From Schizosaccharomyces osmophilus (lineage: Eukaryota), in the NCBI RefSeq assembly GCF_027921745.1, contig NC_079238.1:1054001-1118000 (forward strand): 64,000 nucleotides of DNA. The letters are read 5' to 3'. Positions 23,511-35,414 of this stretch are shown here, in pieces (within the stretch, counting starts at the first letter, position 1; each line of letters opens with the position of its first letter). The notes beneath the pieces were generated by a model. It saw only the letters and a list, made by a program, of their open reading frames with translations, searched no databases and was not told the origin of the DNA. The position numbers and the translations under genes are program-made.

Positions 23511-24932
23511 TTACTTTCCATTGGGCAACCAAGGCTCCAATAAAGAAGGAGTCAAATCCGAATACTCCTCTCTTGTTTCATGAAGAGAATTCTGATTCGG
23601 GATTTGAGTAAATAGATCATTCAACTCTGTATTATCTAGAGTATTCGTTGAAAACAAGTCTCCCATTAAAGGTTCAACGTCTAAATAAGACTTTTCTCTC
23701 ACCACATCACCATACTGGGGCGTTTGGAATGGATCAAGGACAGAGTACCTGGAGGTTGGAGATGAAAAATAGCCAGACGTAACGCTATTCATGCGATTTG
23801 CATTCGGTCTCGGGGTATAATATGGTGTTACATAGGGATCTTCATTGTCGGTACCCACCGATGAAACAGCGAAATTTCGAATACTAGATGGCGTCTCAAA
23901 GCTACCAGATTCAATCTTTGGTTCATGCAAGTTTGTGGGAGGGGGCGTTTTGGGACTAGAATCAACTTCATCGGCCACGGAAGGCCTTCTCGCTCCATAT
24001 AGGGATTCCATTACCAAGTTGTTGGATGAGGGATCTTCCATTGTTTTGGGATCCATGCCTACGGAGGATACGGACCCTGGTTGATGATGCATGGAATAAG
24101 AATCACCCGATGTCAAAAATTCTCTAGAAGCGTCATCCGCATCTGGAATGGACTCGGTCGAGTTTGACAGTATAACAGAGGCATCTCTTGAGTCATTAAT
24201 TGAGAGAGATCGTTTCAAGGGAGGTGCAACGTTGGGAAACCACGCCTCGGTAGGAGGCTGGAATAACGACTTTGTTCGTGCCAAGGGGAATGGATGCCGA
24301 TGGAAAGTAAGGGTATCTTGTAAGGGCTCAGTAGAATTCTGGTGGATATTAGAAGAAGCAGCTGGCAAAGAGGAAGGCAACGATAAATTTCGAACCATGG
24401 GCGAGGAGAGAGTAGACGTCGATCCGTTATCGGATTCATCTACTGCGTGAAGATCCATATTATAATCTGCGAGTTTGTAAACCTGCTGTGCCAAATCCAC
24501 GGGAATTTTGGTGTCGGAAGTACCCGCGGCAAGACGTTCTTCGTTAACTCGAGACAAGACAGAAGCAGTTTGTTCTGTGGAAGCAGAGTAGGTGGAGATT
24601 TGCTGAAGAATAGCATAATCCGTCTGAGGACGCGAGCGTGTCGTTGTCGTAGCAGCCTTTCGCTTGGATCTACGGCATGCACGCTTTTTAGGCGTATACT
24701 TGTATTCGGGGTTTTGGAGCATGTGCTTTTGCCGCTCCATGGCGGACAGCTCAGCGTAGTAACGCTTCACTTGAGCACTTTCGTTTCTCCACAATTCGCC
24801 AATAATTCGAGATATACTTTGATGGTTCGAGGTGGGAATTTCCAATTGGCGATCACGCCGGTACAGCATAAAGCTATTCAAAGGTCGCTTAACCGAACCG
24901 GGTTTAGAGCTGGTGGGTGGGGGAGAATTCAT
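23511..24932 (-). CDS. ste11: HMG-box transcription factor Ste11 (sexual development)
   Basis: HMG box VKRPLNSFMLYRRDRQ..NHQSISRIIGELWRNE..HMLQNPEYKYTPKKR; C-terminal DLTPSLLEPWLPN. Confidence 0.95.
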   Translation of the reverse strand: MNSPPPTSSKPGSVKRPLNSFMLYRRDRQLEIPTSNHQSISRIIGELWRNESAQVKRYYAELSAMERQKHMLQNPEYKYTPKKRACRRSKRKAATTTTRSRPQTDYAILQQISTYSASTEQTASVLSRVNEERLAAGTSDTKIPVDLAQQVYKLADYNMDLHAVDESDNGSTSTLSSPMVRNLSLPSSLPAASSNIHQNSTEPLQDTLTFHRHPFPLARTKSLFQPPTEAWFPNVAPPLKRSLSINDSRDASVILSNSTESIPDADDASREFLTSGDSYSMHHQPGSVSSVGMDPKTMEDPSSNNLVMESLYGARRPSVADEVDSSPKTPPPTNLHEPKIESGSFETPSSIRNFAVSSVGTDNEDPYVTPYYTPRPNANRMNSVTSGYFSSPTSRYSVLDPFQTPQYGDVVREKSYLDVEPLMGDLFSTNTLDNTELNDLFTQIPNQNSLHETREEYSDLTPSLLEPWLPNGK

Positions 24933-26139
24933 GGTACCAATGAGAAAAGAAAGAAAAAATTAAGCTCAAAGAAAAACGAAGGAAAAGGAGGAAACTTTAT
25001 AAAAAAAGGATAGGATATACGAGAGAAACCAAGAAAAATGGAAACCGAAGAATTTATTAGCCAAATGAAAAGCAAGAACAAAGGGGAAAGGAGACCTTTT
25101 GTGGAAAACTTAATATAGACAGAATCACTTGTCTAAGCGACGTGTTTTTTTTTTTTTTTTTTTAATTAAATAAAAAAAGGGTATCGTATCGTAGAGGAAA
25201 TCCTGATGGAAGGGAATTTTAATTAATAAAGAAAAGAAAACAGCAAACGTAAGGGATTCTAAAGAAATACGCAAAATCTGGAAAGATCAAAATGGTATCC
25301 ACCCAAGGTATAGTTCAAAAGAGTTGAGTCCACACAAATGGAACAAGGGGTCCGAATTGGAGAAGCGGAAGAGATCGCTTTAGGAATTTGATCAAAAGAC
25401 CAAAAAAATAAAAAATAAAAAAAAAAAAGAGAAGAGAAAGAAGAATGAAAGAAAAAAAAAAGATAAGTATCTAAGAAACCAAGAAAACAAAAGAAATCAA
25501 AAGGAAGGAAATATAAAAAACGAATAACGATTAGATCCGTTGAAAGAAATTAAAATACTAGAAGGAATAGAATATCAAGAGTTGTCAATGAACAAGACAA
25601 AAACACGATGGACAACTTCCAAGCAACCAATTGTAGACGGAATTATTACCCAAAGAAACAACAAAGAACAAGAAAGAGAAACCTTCTTCACCCACACAAT
25701 TCAATAGAGATAGAAGATAGAAAACGTTTTCAAACGCAAACTATGTATACAGACAAAACACTAATTAGTTTCACACACAATCAGTTGGACACGGTACACC
25801 AAAACACGAACCTGCTAAAGGACAGGAACAAGTAAAATATGAAATTCGTCGGGAATGGCCTAATGGAAACCAAGCAGGAGACAGTCGCAAAAGACACGAA
25901 GAGGAATGAAATGAGAATAGGCAGGCACACACACAGAGAGAGACACACACACACACACTCAAACGACGCGACGCGATAACGACTAGGACGAAAACAAAGA
26001 ACCTTAGAGGAACAAAAAGACACCGACGTTGGATAAAAAAAAAAAGAATGACAAGGTGTAGTGCCAATTGAAAATATGGAAAAGAGTTAGAGAGTTGATG
26101 GACAAAAGGAAAGAAAGGAATGGGGGTTGATGATATGAA

Positions 26140-26150
26140 GAACAAAGAAA
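26140..26150 (-). promoter_or_regulatory. TR box (Ste11 binding site) upstream of ste11
   Basis: TTTCTTTGTTC on the minus strand matches the TTCTTTGTTY consensus. Confidence 0.55.
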
Positions 26151-27354
26151 AGGTAGACCTGGGTATATATAACCGGCATAGATAAGGAGACAGAACGATA
26201 CAAAGGACAATGAAAGCAACACGAATAACAAGACGACACCTTGCTTGAATAGAGGAGAAAACCATGGATCATAGGCCCAGAGTGGACAGAGGCGAATTTT
26301 TCAAACCTACGAAAACAAGCGAAGCTAACGAGCCAATGATTGAATTAAAAGTGACAATTCGAGGGGTTCCAACATAAGAATCGAGGTGATGGATCTAAAA
26401 ATCACGAAATCCATTAGCGGATGAGAGATCCAATGACATAATTGAGGAGATAATCCAAACTTTAAAGTGGAGCAGCCTACGTCATTTTAAATAAAGAGGA
26501 GACGAGCGAATCAAAAAAGGAAAGTGACGGATCTAGACTATTGAGAAACGAACGGTGTACTTTGATAGGATGGAAATAGACAAGGACCGAGCGCACATGA
26601 AACTTTTAGGCGAACCCATTGTTCCTTTTGTATTGTGCGGGATACGACGGTTAATCAGGCCGCGTCTTCCATTCACATTGTCCTGAGGAGATCTGAGGGG
26701 ACTTGAGGAGTAAATAGGAGGCTGAGTCGGAGAGGTTCAAGGGGAGACGGAGGGAGGAGCTTTCATATGATTTCTTTCCGTCAGCCTGGAACGGATGCAG
26801 ACTTTGGTGTTTACGTTGGCGTTGGCGTTGGCGTTGAGTTGAGTTGGAACTTGCAATGCGTAGCATGGCCTAGTTTGTCTAAAGGAAGCCACAAAAAGTT
26901 GAACTAATACTTTCATTTGAAAGCGAAATGTTGACGACAATTCAATGGATTAATATGGACGCGTATGAATTTGTGGGAACGTTGCGAAAGGTATAATAGG
27001 TTCGAAAACGCCGTGCGAGTAAACAACCGGAATTCGTCTTCGTTTCTTATCTAGTCGCAATAGTACAGTCGGCTCACTATGAAATGGAATAGGGAGGGGT
27101 ACGATTGCGTTGCAGGAATGCGAAAGGGTGCGCAAAACGAGGAAAGGGTCTGGTCTGTCTATCCATCCATGTATGGAAGGATAAAGTGGGTTAAAGGTAG
27201 ACTGGGTTGGTGGTCGATGGAGAAAGGCAACAGAGTGCTTGTGCCCTTCTACATAGATACATAGATACATAAATACATACAATGTGACAATCAACAACTG
27301 ATCCAAATTAGGATGGAATCTTCTTCTATTTTGCTCTCGCTATTGCTCTCGCTA

Positions 27355-28518
27355 CTACCGACTCTGCTGCCTCACAGATTGCCAATGGCGAAAACGCATC
27401 CGCATTGCCTCCAAATTGTCCAAAGCGGGACGAACATCCAAGGAAAACACCGGCTGTCCACCATCGTCGGGGGCCTCATAATAATCAATCACATAACGGA
27501 CCACCCGATTGTCTTTTCGTTGAACATACCAATCATGTCGATCAAACGGTCCTTCCATTGTCCCCCAGCGACTAGGAAATACCCGTCCAAGCATCATGTA
27601 CCACATGGCTCGAGGACTCTTTTTGCTAGCATTTCCTTCAAATCGCAATAGTTTCGCGTCTGTGGCTTCTCCATCCACCTGCTCCCAAGCCTGGATCTCG
27701 TTCCATGCACCCTCGTTCAAAAAGTTGTGGATTTCCACCATCATTGGCACATTTTCTCCGCTATCACGGTATCCCTTCCGCCACATCGCATTGTACATTT
27801 GTTGCGGCGATGGGTACTTCCATAAATCCCCATCTGCTTTCGGGATGCTGCTCGTCGACCGTTTCGTCCCCAAATCCACCATCTGATCCTCCTTGGCCTT
27901 TTGCGACAAATCCTTATACATCAAATTGTCCGGGTTCATCTCCAAAGATGCATCCTCTTGCTCCCCCCTCAACCACCCAAACCAGCTTTTCTTGGGCATG
28001 CTTGTGTTTTCGGACATCGGACATTCCGACGGGTATCCTTGTCCTTGGGTCGGTGCTTGTCCTTGTTGTTCCCATTTGGGATGTTCCTGCACTTCCGCAG
28101 GCTTCCAAAACGAAAACCAAGATGATTTCTCTCCAGTACCGTTTTGTTGTTTCGACATCGGACACTCGGAAGGAATGGCACCCATGCTAATAGGAGCGGC
28201 TGTTGTTGTGCCTCCTTTTTCTTGACCATCCTGGCCCCATCCAAACCAAGAAGACGGTCCCCGTTTCTTGTTTGCTTCTTCGCCTTGAGCGTGCATAGGA
28301 CATTCAGGTGGGATTTCTTGACCCTTCAGCTCCTGCGAGCGATGCTGCGCAACGACGGATGGCGGGGCTAGCTCGACGGGAACGCTCGTCGTCCATAACG
28401 TCTTCAACCACGAAGACCAGTTGTCATTCTCCCGTGGCATTTCTTGCCGTTGTTGCTGCATATACGCCTGATGATCAATCGGACACACTTTTGCGTTTTG
28501 GGATTCGGGAGAGTTCAT
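27355..28518 (-). CDS. cyc3: Cytochrome c heme lyase
   Basis: CP heme-regulatory motifs; WKYPSPQQMYNAM, IHNFLNEGAW, PFDRHDW, RYVIDYY, LDVRPALD. Confidence 0.92.
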   Translation of the reverse strand: MNSPESQNAKVCPIDHQAYMQQQRQEMPRENDNWSSWLKTLWTTSVPVELAPPSVVAQHRSQELKGQEIPPECPMHAQGEEANKKRGPSSWFGWGQDGQEKGGTTTAAPISMGAIPSECPMSKQQNGTGEKSSWFSFWKPAEVQEHPKWEQQGQAPTQGQGYPSECPMSENTSMPKKSWFGWLRGEQEDASLEMNPDNLMYKDLSQKAKEDQMVDLGTKRSTSSIPKADGDLWKYPSPQQMYNAMWRKGYRDSGENVPMMVEIHNFLNEGAWNEIQAWEQVDGEATDAKLLRFEGNASKKSPRAMWYMMLGRVFPSRWGTMEGPFDRHDWYVQRKDNRVVRYVIDYYEAPDDGGQPVFSLDVRPALDNLEAMRMRFRHWQSVRQQSR

Positions 28519-29609
28519 TTCAATTTATTTCAATTCAATCCAATTGATTCCTTTTTTGTCGACCTGGATATCACCAAACAACAGATGCTGCAGAGTTGGG
28601 AAATATACGAATCGTTAGAGATGGGAGGATAAAAAAAAATTATGAAAAAATTATTTGAAAAATGAATCGAATTTCTGGACGAATATGCGAAATTCTCTTT
28701 CTAGAAATGACCCATCCGTGTGGTGACTTTTCACCAATACTCGCTCTGTTAAGCATGAGTAAATAGCGCGCTAAAACCCACTGTCTAAAAAACAAAAAGG
28801 AGATCCAATGAAACCTCGCAATATTTGCTTACAGTTTCGTGCACGGTATACCACAGCCCAACGCACTATGTCAGTAAACAAACAGGGTTCCTTTGAATTG
28901 GAGCAAAAAAAGGTACAATCGCCTCCGGTGGATAGCCTCTTCTCTCATTCATCAAATGTCATTTTCATTTCTTCTTCTCTTTCTACGAAAAAACAGTTGC
29001 TTTTCTTCTAGAACTTTCAACTTCCATCTGCCTGCATTGTGCTCTTCTCTCTAATTCCATGCCTTTCAAGCCTCGGCTCTCTCGGCCGCTACAAATCAAA
29101 AAGTCTTTTCTTTTGGTTTTCCAATTATGGGAAACCGCTAGCGCATCTCATTTTTGCTTTTGTGTCGTTTCTATTTACCGCTCCCTTTCCCAAGTAACAT
29201 ACAAAAATAGAAACATTTCCACGTGTAACCTTCCTCCGGATTTTTCGCTCGAGCTCACCAGCGACTAACAATATTATCCAAACGAATACTAAACCCGTGA
29301 TATTATCATACCTTTCGGGAGAATGAAATTTGCAAGTACTGACCCTTGCAGAGGGCAATAGCGTTCAACTTTGTTCTCAACAGTCTTACTTGCTGACTAT
29401 TAGATCCATTCATCGGTTCTTGCAGTATACATAGAACACCTTTGACCGAAAGAGCGAGTAACTGAGAAAAACTCTATTTCCAGCATTTCCTTTTTGCCTT
29501 CTTGTTAAAAAGTGAGTATCAAAAATTAAACTCCAAACGTTTACAGAACGGTTCGACACCCCTGTTCACAAGTCGCATTTTTACGTACCTCTCAATTTTG
29601 ATTTATACC

Positions 29610-30131
29610 ATGCCTGAAAACAAATTAGCAGCTCACAACGAGTTCCAACTTGTTAAGAACGATCCGGGCTATATCCTTTACCAGCCTTACAATTCCGAGG
29701 AGAATAAATCCTTGATCGCTAATTTTGTCCGCCAAAAAGCCCTTGCTTTCTGTCCTTACTACTTTGTCGAAAAGTCCGGTAAGGGCTCCGTCACCTTCTT
29801 TTACCCTAATGAACAACTGTGCGGTTACAAAAACATTTTGCACGGAGGTTTCATTGCTTCCATGCTCGATGAAGCCTTGGCTTTCGGTATTTTTGGCAAC
29901 TTTCCCTCTCGTCTAGGCGTCACCTTTAATTTAGATGTAACTTATGTGGCCCCTTCTATCTGTGGACACCTTTACAAGATAGTTTGTAACACTACCAAAA
30001 TCGAAGGAAGAAAGGGTTGGATATCCGGGGAGCTCTATCGCCTCGCTGACAACGAAGAGCCCGCTCTATGCGCAAAGGCCTCTGGTTTATTTGTAGAGCC
30101 TTCCAAAATCAATTTAGAAAAACATTTGTAA
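29610..30131 (+). CDS. Hotdog-fold acyl-CoA thioesterase (THEM4/PaaI-like)
   Basis: LCGYKNILHGGFIASMLDEAL motif; first ATG at 29610 (MPENKL). Confidence 0.85.
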   Translation: MPENKLAAHNEFQLVKNDPGYILYQPYNSEENKSLIANFVRQKALAFCPYYFVEKSGKGSVTFFYPNEQLCGYKNILHGGFIASMLDEALAFGIFGNFPSRLGVTFNLDVTYVAPSICGHLYKIVCNTTKIEGRKGWISGELYRLADNEEPALCAKASGLFVEPSKINLEKHL

Positions 30132-30451
30132 TGATGCCATATTTTTTGGGGTTTCCTGATTCCCTTGTTCCTTGTTGATGTTCTTTTCTGTCTGTTTTAC
30201 CTTCTTTCTTGTTCTTGATTCCTACGAGTCGTACATTATCTAAATGAAACGAAACAGATTGTTTTTTGCTTCGGGGCTTTCCTTTTGACAGGCAATGCAT
30301 GTGATATATTTTTAATTTTTGTGTTCTTACAAACCATTTTTCCATTCAACCTGAGTAGATTCATTATTCTAATTTAATTTTCAAGTAATCCATATTCTCC
30401 CTATAATAACCATCAAAACAGTGCTTTGTATGGACATTGATTTGATCCACT

Positions 30452-33364
30452 TTAGTGCACCAACCGAATATCTACTTTTTGTTTTCCTGAATGCTCATCA
30501 CGAACTGTACCCACACGCACTCGTACTTTTTGAAACATTTGAATCTCGACCACCTTGGGCTTTGGTGGATCCCGAATTTCCACTTTCAGCATATATTTAT
30601 CCTCCAAAAACTCAACGTTGGGTTCCAACATGTTCGTCATGCTCTTTGTATATACAATACCTTCAAGACCAAACTTGGCAATAAATACAACAAAACCATT
30701 CTTAAAAACCTTAATTACATACGCATCTTCTTCAGCAATTCCTCCTTTTAGCGCCTGTCCAACATAATACTCAACACTAGCACGGCCAGCCATCTGTGCC
30801 ATACGATGACGGTAATTTATACCATTGCTAATCTCAATTAAGCGTTGTTTGTCACTAATGGAAGGATTTAGCACTTCGTAGTCAATAGCTGCTGCCAATT
30901 GTCGATGTGCCAAAACGTCTGCGTAACGACGAATAGGAGAAGTAAAATGTGTATAAATACTGGTTGCCAAACCGTAGTGGCGGAATTCAGGAGCTGCTAT
31001 TGTACCAGAGCAAAAGTATTCAGCTGATAGCATACACCGGGTTGTCAGTATACGCAGTAAGGTATTAAAGTAGGGTTCGTTGGGATCCACACATTCATCC
31101 AAAGATTTTGCCAAGGATTTTGATGTATCGCATTTAAGATGCATTCCCTTGCATACTTGCAAGATATCTTGCAAGGAATCAAAGTTAGAAAGAGGTGGTG
31201 ATGCGTGTCGACGAAGAACAGCAGTTTGAGGGAATGTATCGTAAATCTTTTGAGCAACAGAAATATTGGCTAATAACATACACTCTTCGACAAGAGAGTT
31301 CGTTTCAAGCAGTTGTTTTATTTCAACATCCATCGGGTCCGATGTTTCATTGTCTGTTTGGATTCTTACTTCCGGGCTCGCCAAATTCAAAGCACCATCG
31401 TCCATTCTTTTCTGTTTTAACTTTTTAGATAGTTTTAACAGAATTCGCATGCCATTTGTTAATGGATCTTGCATATTCTTATCATCAATTCGGGCTTGGG
31501 CATCTGCATAACTAAATGCCTCTTTCGAAGCAATCACGGATTTCGTAAATGAAGTATTAACAATGTTAGCATCTTCATCCATTTCCCAAAGACAAGAGAA
31601 TGCAAATCTTTCTACGTAAGGACGCAAAGAACAAAGCTCTGTACCCAACAACATAGGAAGCATATCAATACGCTTGTCAACTAAATAAACAGTAGTACCA
31701 CGGGAAGCGGCTTCACTGTCCATCGCCGTTTTCGGTTTCACAAAATGGGTTACATCAGCAATGTGCACGCCCACTTCAAAGTTTCCATTCGGTAAGACAC
31801 GTGCATGGAGAGCATCATCAATATCTTGACATCCAGGGGGATCAATACTACAAATTAAAAGATCTCGAAAGTCTTTTCTGTTTTTCCAAAGAGGATCAGA
31901 TTTGTCAGCTGGTACCTTGTAGTTGTGGCCTTCTTGAGGGAGACAATCCAATACGGCCTTAGGGAATGGTCGGTGTTGTACATCATATTCAAGTAACAGA
32001 GCTTCTGTTTCGGCCTCCTTGGTTTCCATTTCACCAAGAGCACGGACAAAATGACCTTCGGGATAACGACTAGTAGCCTCCCAAGTATCGATAGCGGCTA
32101 CAATCCGCTGACCAAGTAGTCGAGGGGCTTGTCGAGTGCGAAAACGGATCTTAGGAATACGACGATCCATGGGAGTAAGGAGTACCGTTTGTTGAGAACC
32201 ACCCTTGGACTGGGCTACAGTGGTATTATCAACATGTCCAACATAGGGTCTCCAGTTCCGTTTCAAAATACCAACAATCTTTCCAGTAGGGTGTGCTTTC
32301 TTACTGGTAGGAGTTTCTAAATCAATACTACGAGAAGCATCGGGCTCAGCGGAAGCGTTCACTAATACATCTTCATCATCGCTGGCAATTTCTCCCGCTT
32401 CTGTCTTCCATTGACTTTGAGGTAAAATTTGGACACATACAACATCACCTTGGACTGCACGGTTTAGGTATTCTCTTCCAGAGATTAAAATAGGTTTATT
32501 GTATCCCGGTGTATTAATAGAGCCTTCGAGAAAGTTATAGGTGCTTACGTTTAGCACACCTTTATGGACTTCTCCATTTTTTATACAGGTAAGCATACGA
32601 GAAGTAGACCAGTGGTGTTCGTAGATGGCCTTTGTTTCGGAAGATGCTTTCTCATTAGCAGCGGCGGCATCGGCAACTGCAGATATCATGTCCAGCAAGA
32701 CCTCTGAGTCTGGTAAGAACTGAACGTAGTCCTTCAAAGTAGAAGTCTGTATACCCTGTTCAGCCGCGATCTCTGCATTGCGGCGGTCGTTTGTAATTAG
32801 CACGACTTTGATCCCTAATCCGGCCAAGTGACCAGTATACCAAGAAGCAGCAGTACGAATGGCTCTGTCGTTTCGGTCGTTGGGCGACTCTCCCTCAATT
32901 TTATCAATATACGTATCAGAAAAGAATTCATTACTAAAAGGAGTAAAGCGTTTGGTCTTTTCTTGACACAGACGCTTAATACGGTTGTAAAGAGGAATCG
33001 ACTTGGAGGCTATTTCAGAAAGAACAGTTTGTAAGACAATCACATCGAAAAAATTGGAAGGATGTTCCAAAGCATCCATACAATGATAAAAAACGTTGGT
33101 ATCAGGAATCAAATAGTGACGACTAAACTTCTCCAAAAAGAAGGGTTCTTCGGACAATATCGGCTCCAATTCATTTCCGTTCGAATCCGTTGGAAGCTTG
33201 GAAATACATAATGGGCAGCTTTTACTTTGGCAGGGAATATCATCACGTAGATATCGTTCACGAACAATTTTTTGAACCTTGCCGCGTGCAGCTCGCACAA
33301 AAACCTTTGGTTTTTGGTCTTTTGTAGCGGAAGATGAAGGCCGCTTATAACCAATTGCACTCAT
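30452..33364 (-). CDS. dis3: Exosome catalytic subunit Dis3/Rrp44
   Basis: PIN domain (PDTN, ESPNDRNDRAIR); RNB domain (SIDPPGCQDIDDALH, HFTSPIRRYAD). Confidence 0.98.
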   Translation of the reverse strand: MSAIGYKRPSSSATKDQKPKVFVRAARGKVQKIVRERYLRDDIPCQSKSCPLCISKLPTDSNGNELEPILSEEPFFLEKFSRHYLIPDTNVFYHCMDALEHPSNFFDVIVLQTVLSEIASKSIPLYNRIKRLCQEKTKRFTPFSNEFFSDTYIDKIEGESPNDRNDRAIRTAASWYTGHLAGLGIKVVLITNDRRNAEIAAEQGIQTSTLKDYVQFLPDSEVLLDMISAVADAAAANEKASSETKAIYEHHWSTSRMLTCIKNGEVHKGVLNVSTYNFLEGSINTPGYNKPILISGREYLNRAVQGDVVCVQILPQSQWKTEAGEIASDDEDVLVNASAEPDASRSIDLETPTSKKAHPTGKIVGILKRNWRPYVGHVDNTTVAQSKGGSQQTVLLTPMDRRIPKIRFRTRQAPRLLGQRIVAAIDTWEATSRYPEGHFVRALGEMETKEAETEALLLEYDVQHRPFPKAVLDCLPQEGHNYKVPADKSDPLWKNRKDFRDLLICSIDPPGCQDIDDALHARVLPNGNFEVGVHIADVTHFVKPKTAMDSEAASRGTTVYLVDKRIDMLPMLLGTELCSLRPYVERFAFSCLWEMDEDANIVNTSFTKSVIASKEAFSYADAQARIDDKNMQDPLTNGMRILLKLSKKLKQKRMDDGALNLASPEVRIQTDNETSDPMDVEIKQLLETNSLVEECMLLANISVAQKIYDTFPQTAVLRRHASPPLSNFDSLQDILQVCKGMHLKCDTSKSLAKSLDECVDPNEPYFNTLLRILTTRCMLSAEYFCSGTIAAPEFRHYGLATSIYTHFTSPIRRYADVLAHRQLAAAIDYEVLNPSISDKQRLIEISNGINYRHRMAQMAGRASVEYYVGQALKGGIAEEDAYVIKVFKNGFVVFIAKFGLEGIVYTKSMTNMLEPNVEFLEDKYMLKVEIRDPPKPKVVEIQMFQKVRVRVGTVRDEHSGKQKVDIRLVH

Positions 33365-33972
33365 CCTCCCGTTTCTTTAGCTGTTGCTGCTGTAGTAATG
33401 TTGCTGAGAACAAGAGGAAAAGTACAAACAGTACACTGACCATATTTACTTTGCGATTTTGGGCGTACTCGTTTTAGCATTTTGTGTAGTCGAACGATGC
33501 TCGCTGAACGAAATCCATAAGCTGATAAAAAATAGTACAGCAAGATATTGTTTTACGAAAAAATACTAATACGATAACATAAAGTCTGATATACACTCAC
33601 TCTGTAAAGGTTTGGAATGTATAAAGAAAATAAAAAAATAAAATAAATTGGAAGAAGTCAATAAGGTTTTCTAGATGAAAGCAATTTTCATCCGGTAAAA
33701 AAGCCCTAAGCCGTAATCGTTTGGATGCTTAATGGTTATATGCAAATAAAACTAAATACAATAAGACGTGAATCTATAAAAAGAAGTGGAGCTCATTTAG
33801 TAGCCAAAAACTTACTTCCTATTGCTCTTGCCAACATGTTCTTTAAGAAAGGACTACAAACATTCTATGGGTCGTTCACCATCTTCTAGCAATGATTGAC
33901 CTTTAACCTAAAAGATCAAGTTTTCCCTTTTAGAATGAGTAAGGATTTTTTACAGTAGTTGACTTTATACTT

Positions 33973-34890
33973 ATGAATGTAGATGAAGAACAAGAAATGG
34001 ATATTGAAACAAACTACTCGACTTCAGTTCCTGAACTTGAAGCGAGCTTTAATACAGAAAAAACGAATAAATCTACATTTGATGAACAAAATTTACGCAG
34101 ACCTTCTCTTACTTTGTCTGAGGAGGAACGGGATGACTCTGTACCTGGCTATGAATCAACAGAAAACCTTTCAGCAGCACCAGAAGAGCCTGCTATGGCT
34201 ATCCCGGAAAGGAACCAGATAGAGCCCAATTATACAAAGAAAGAAAGAGATTTCAAACTAGAAAATGTCAGTGCGAATGCGGTTATCGACAAGTATGGAC
34301 GACTTGCTGACGGTTTGGAGTACAAGACTAAAACGTTTTGCTTAAATGGCAGAGGTGATGTATTGTACATGCTTGGAACGGAATGTGCAAGGATCTTGGG
34401 ATTCAAGGACAGTTATTTTATGTTCCATAAAACCTTAAATTTACGTAAGATTTTGACGAATCAAGCCGAAAGAGATCAGCTTGTTTATATGGGTATCCTC
34501 GCTCCTAAGTATCGCTTTCGTCAATTAAGCATTGTTCCCGCAAGGCAAGTTTTTCTTGCATTTGGCCCTAAAATATTGTTGAAAGGAACCGTTGATCCCC
34601 AGCTTTATAAAGATCTTTGGGATGCAAATTGGTCATGGGCAGACGAGGAATTTTCCCATTTAGATAATTCGATGCTTAGTAGTACTCGATCCTCTTCCGT
34701 AAAACCCGAGGCAAGGTCGATAGATCAGGCAACGCTTGGTTTTGGGGAAAATTTCCGAGAGAAATACCTACTTGCTTTAGTGAATGAGGTATCGGACTAT
34801 AACACATCTTTAGGGAAAATGAGAAACTTTAGACGAGATGCGCTTCGCTACTATTACCATGAAGCTCGCTCTTCAAAGACAAGCTCATAA
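33973..34890 (+). CDS. snf59: SWI/SNF subunit Snf59 (CRC_subunit/Rsc7-Swp82 family)
   Basis: IDKYGRL..G.EYK..TF, YMLGTECARILGFKDSYFMF, IVPARQVFLAFG; recalled synteny. Confidence 0.8.
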   Translation: MNVDEEQEMDIETNYSTSVPELEASFNTEKTNKSTFDEQNLRRPSLTLSEEERDDSVPGYESTENLSAAPEEPAMAIPERNQIEPNYTKKERDFKLENVSANAVIDKYGRLADGLEYKTKTFCLNGRGDVLYMLGTECARILGFKDSYFMFHKTLNLRKILTNQAERDQLVYMGILAPKYRFRQLSIVPARQVFLAFGPKILLKGTVDPQLYKDLWDANWSWADEEFSHLDNSMLSSTRSSSVKPEARSIDQATLGFGENFREKYLLALVNEVSDYNTSLGKMRNFRRDALRYYYHEARSSKTSS

Positions 34891-35414
34891 GGGCAGTCGT
34901 TTAAAAGCTGTGATGATTTACAGCTCCTCTGGTTTTTCCCTCTTAAATTGCTATTTGTATAATACGTTATAATTACTTTTGCTAGACTTTGTACCATCAT
35001 ACTAATGTTTCATTATGTTTTTGAATTCAAAGTTCCCAAGTTAGACACTTTTCATGACTTCCGTACTTCCGTATATGTTCTTGTCTAAATGAAACGATAA
35101 GCACCGAATGTATAGAATCACATTAATAATAAGCGCTTGTATCTTGACTATATTTAAATACCCTTCAAAACGAAGTTTTTCCAATTTCGTTTCAATATAA
35201 AAATATTCTTACACTCTTCTAACTTTGTAAAACAATATAAAAAAAAATAACACATGAAAGCAATATATAGAATAAACCCATTTTTTTCTTAACGATAACA
35301 TCAGGTAACAATTGTTACTGAGTCCGAATGTAGTGGTGGTGACCTCTGTGTGAAAAGCTGCATTCTGCAAAACCTTGTGAGTAAAATTTGCAATTAGCAA
35401 ATCTGTAAATCACG

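Noticed and set aside
25608..27306. Several ORFs upstream of ste11 (including 164 aa at 25771..26265)
   Set aside because: Low-complexity purine/pyrimidine-skewed and microsatellite sequence in a UTR/promoter; no family motifs.
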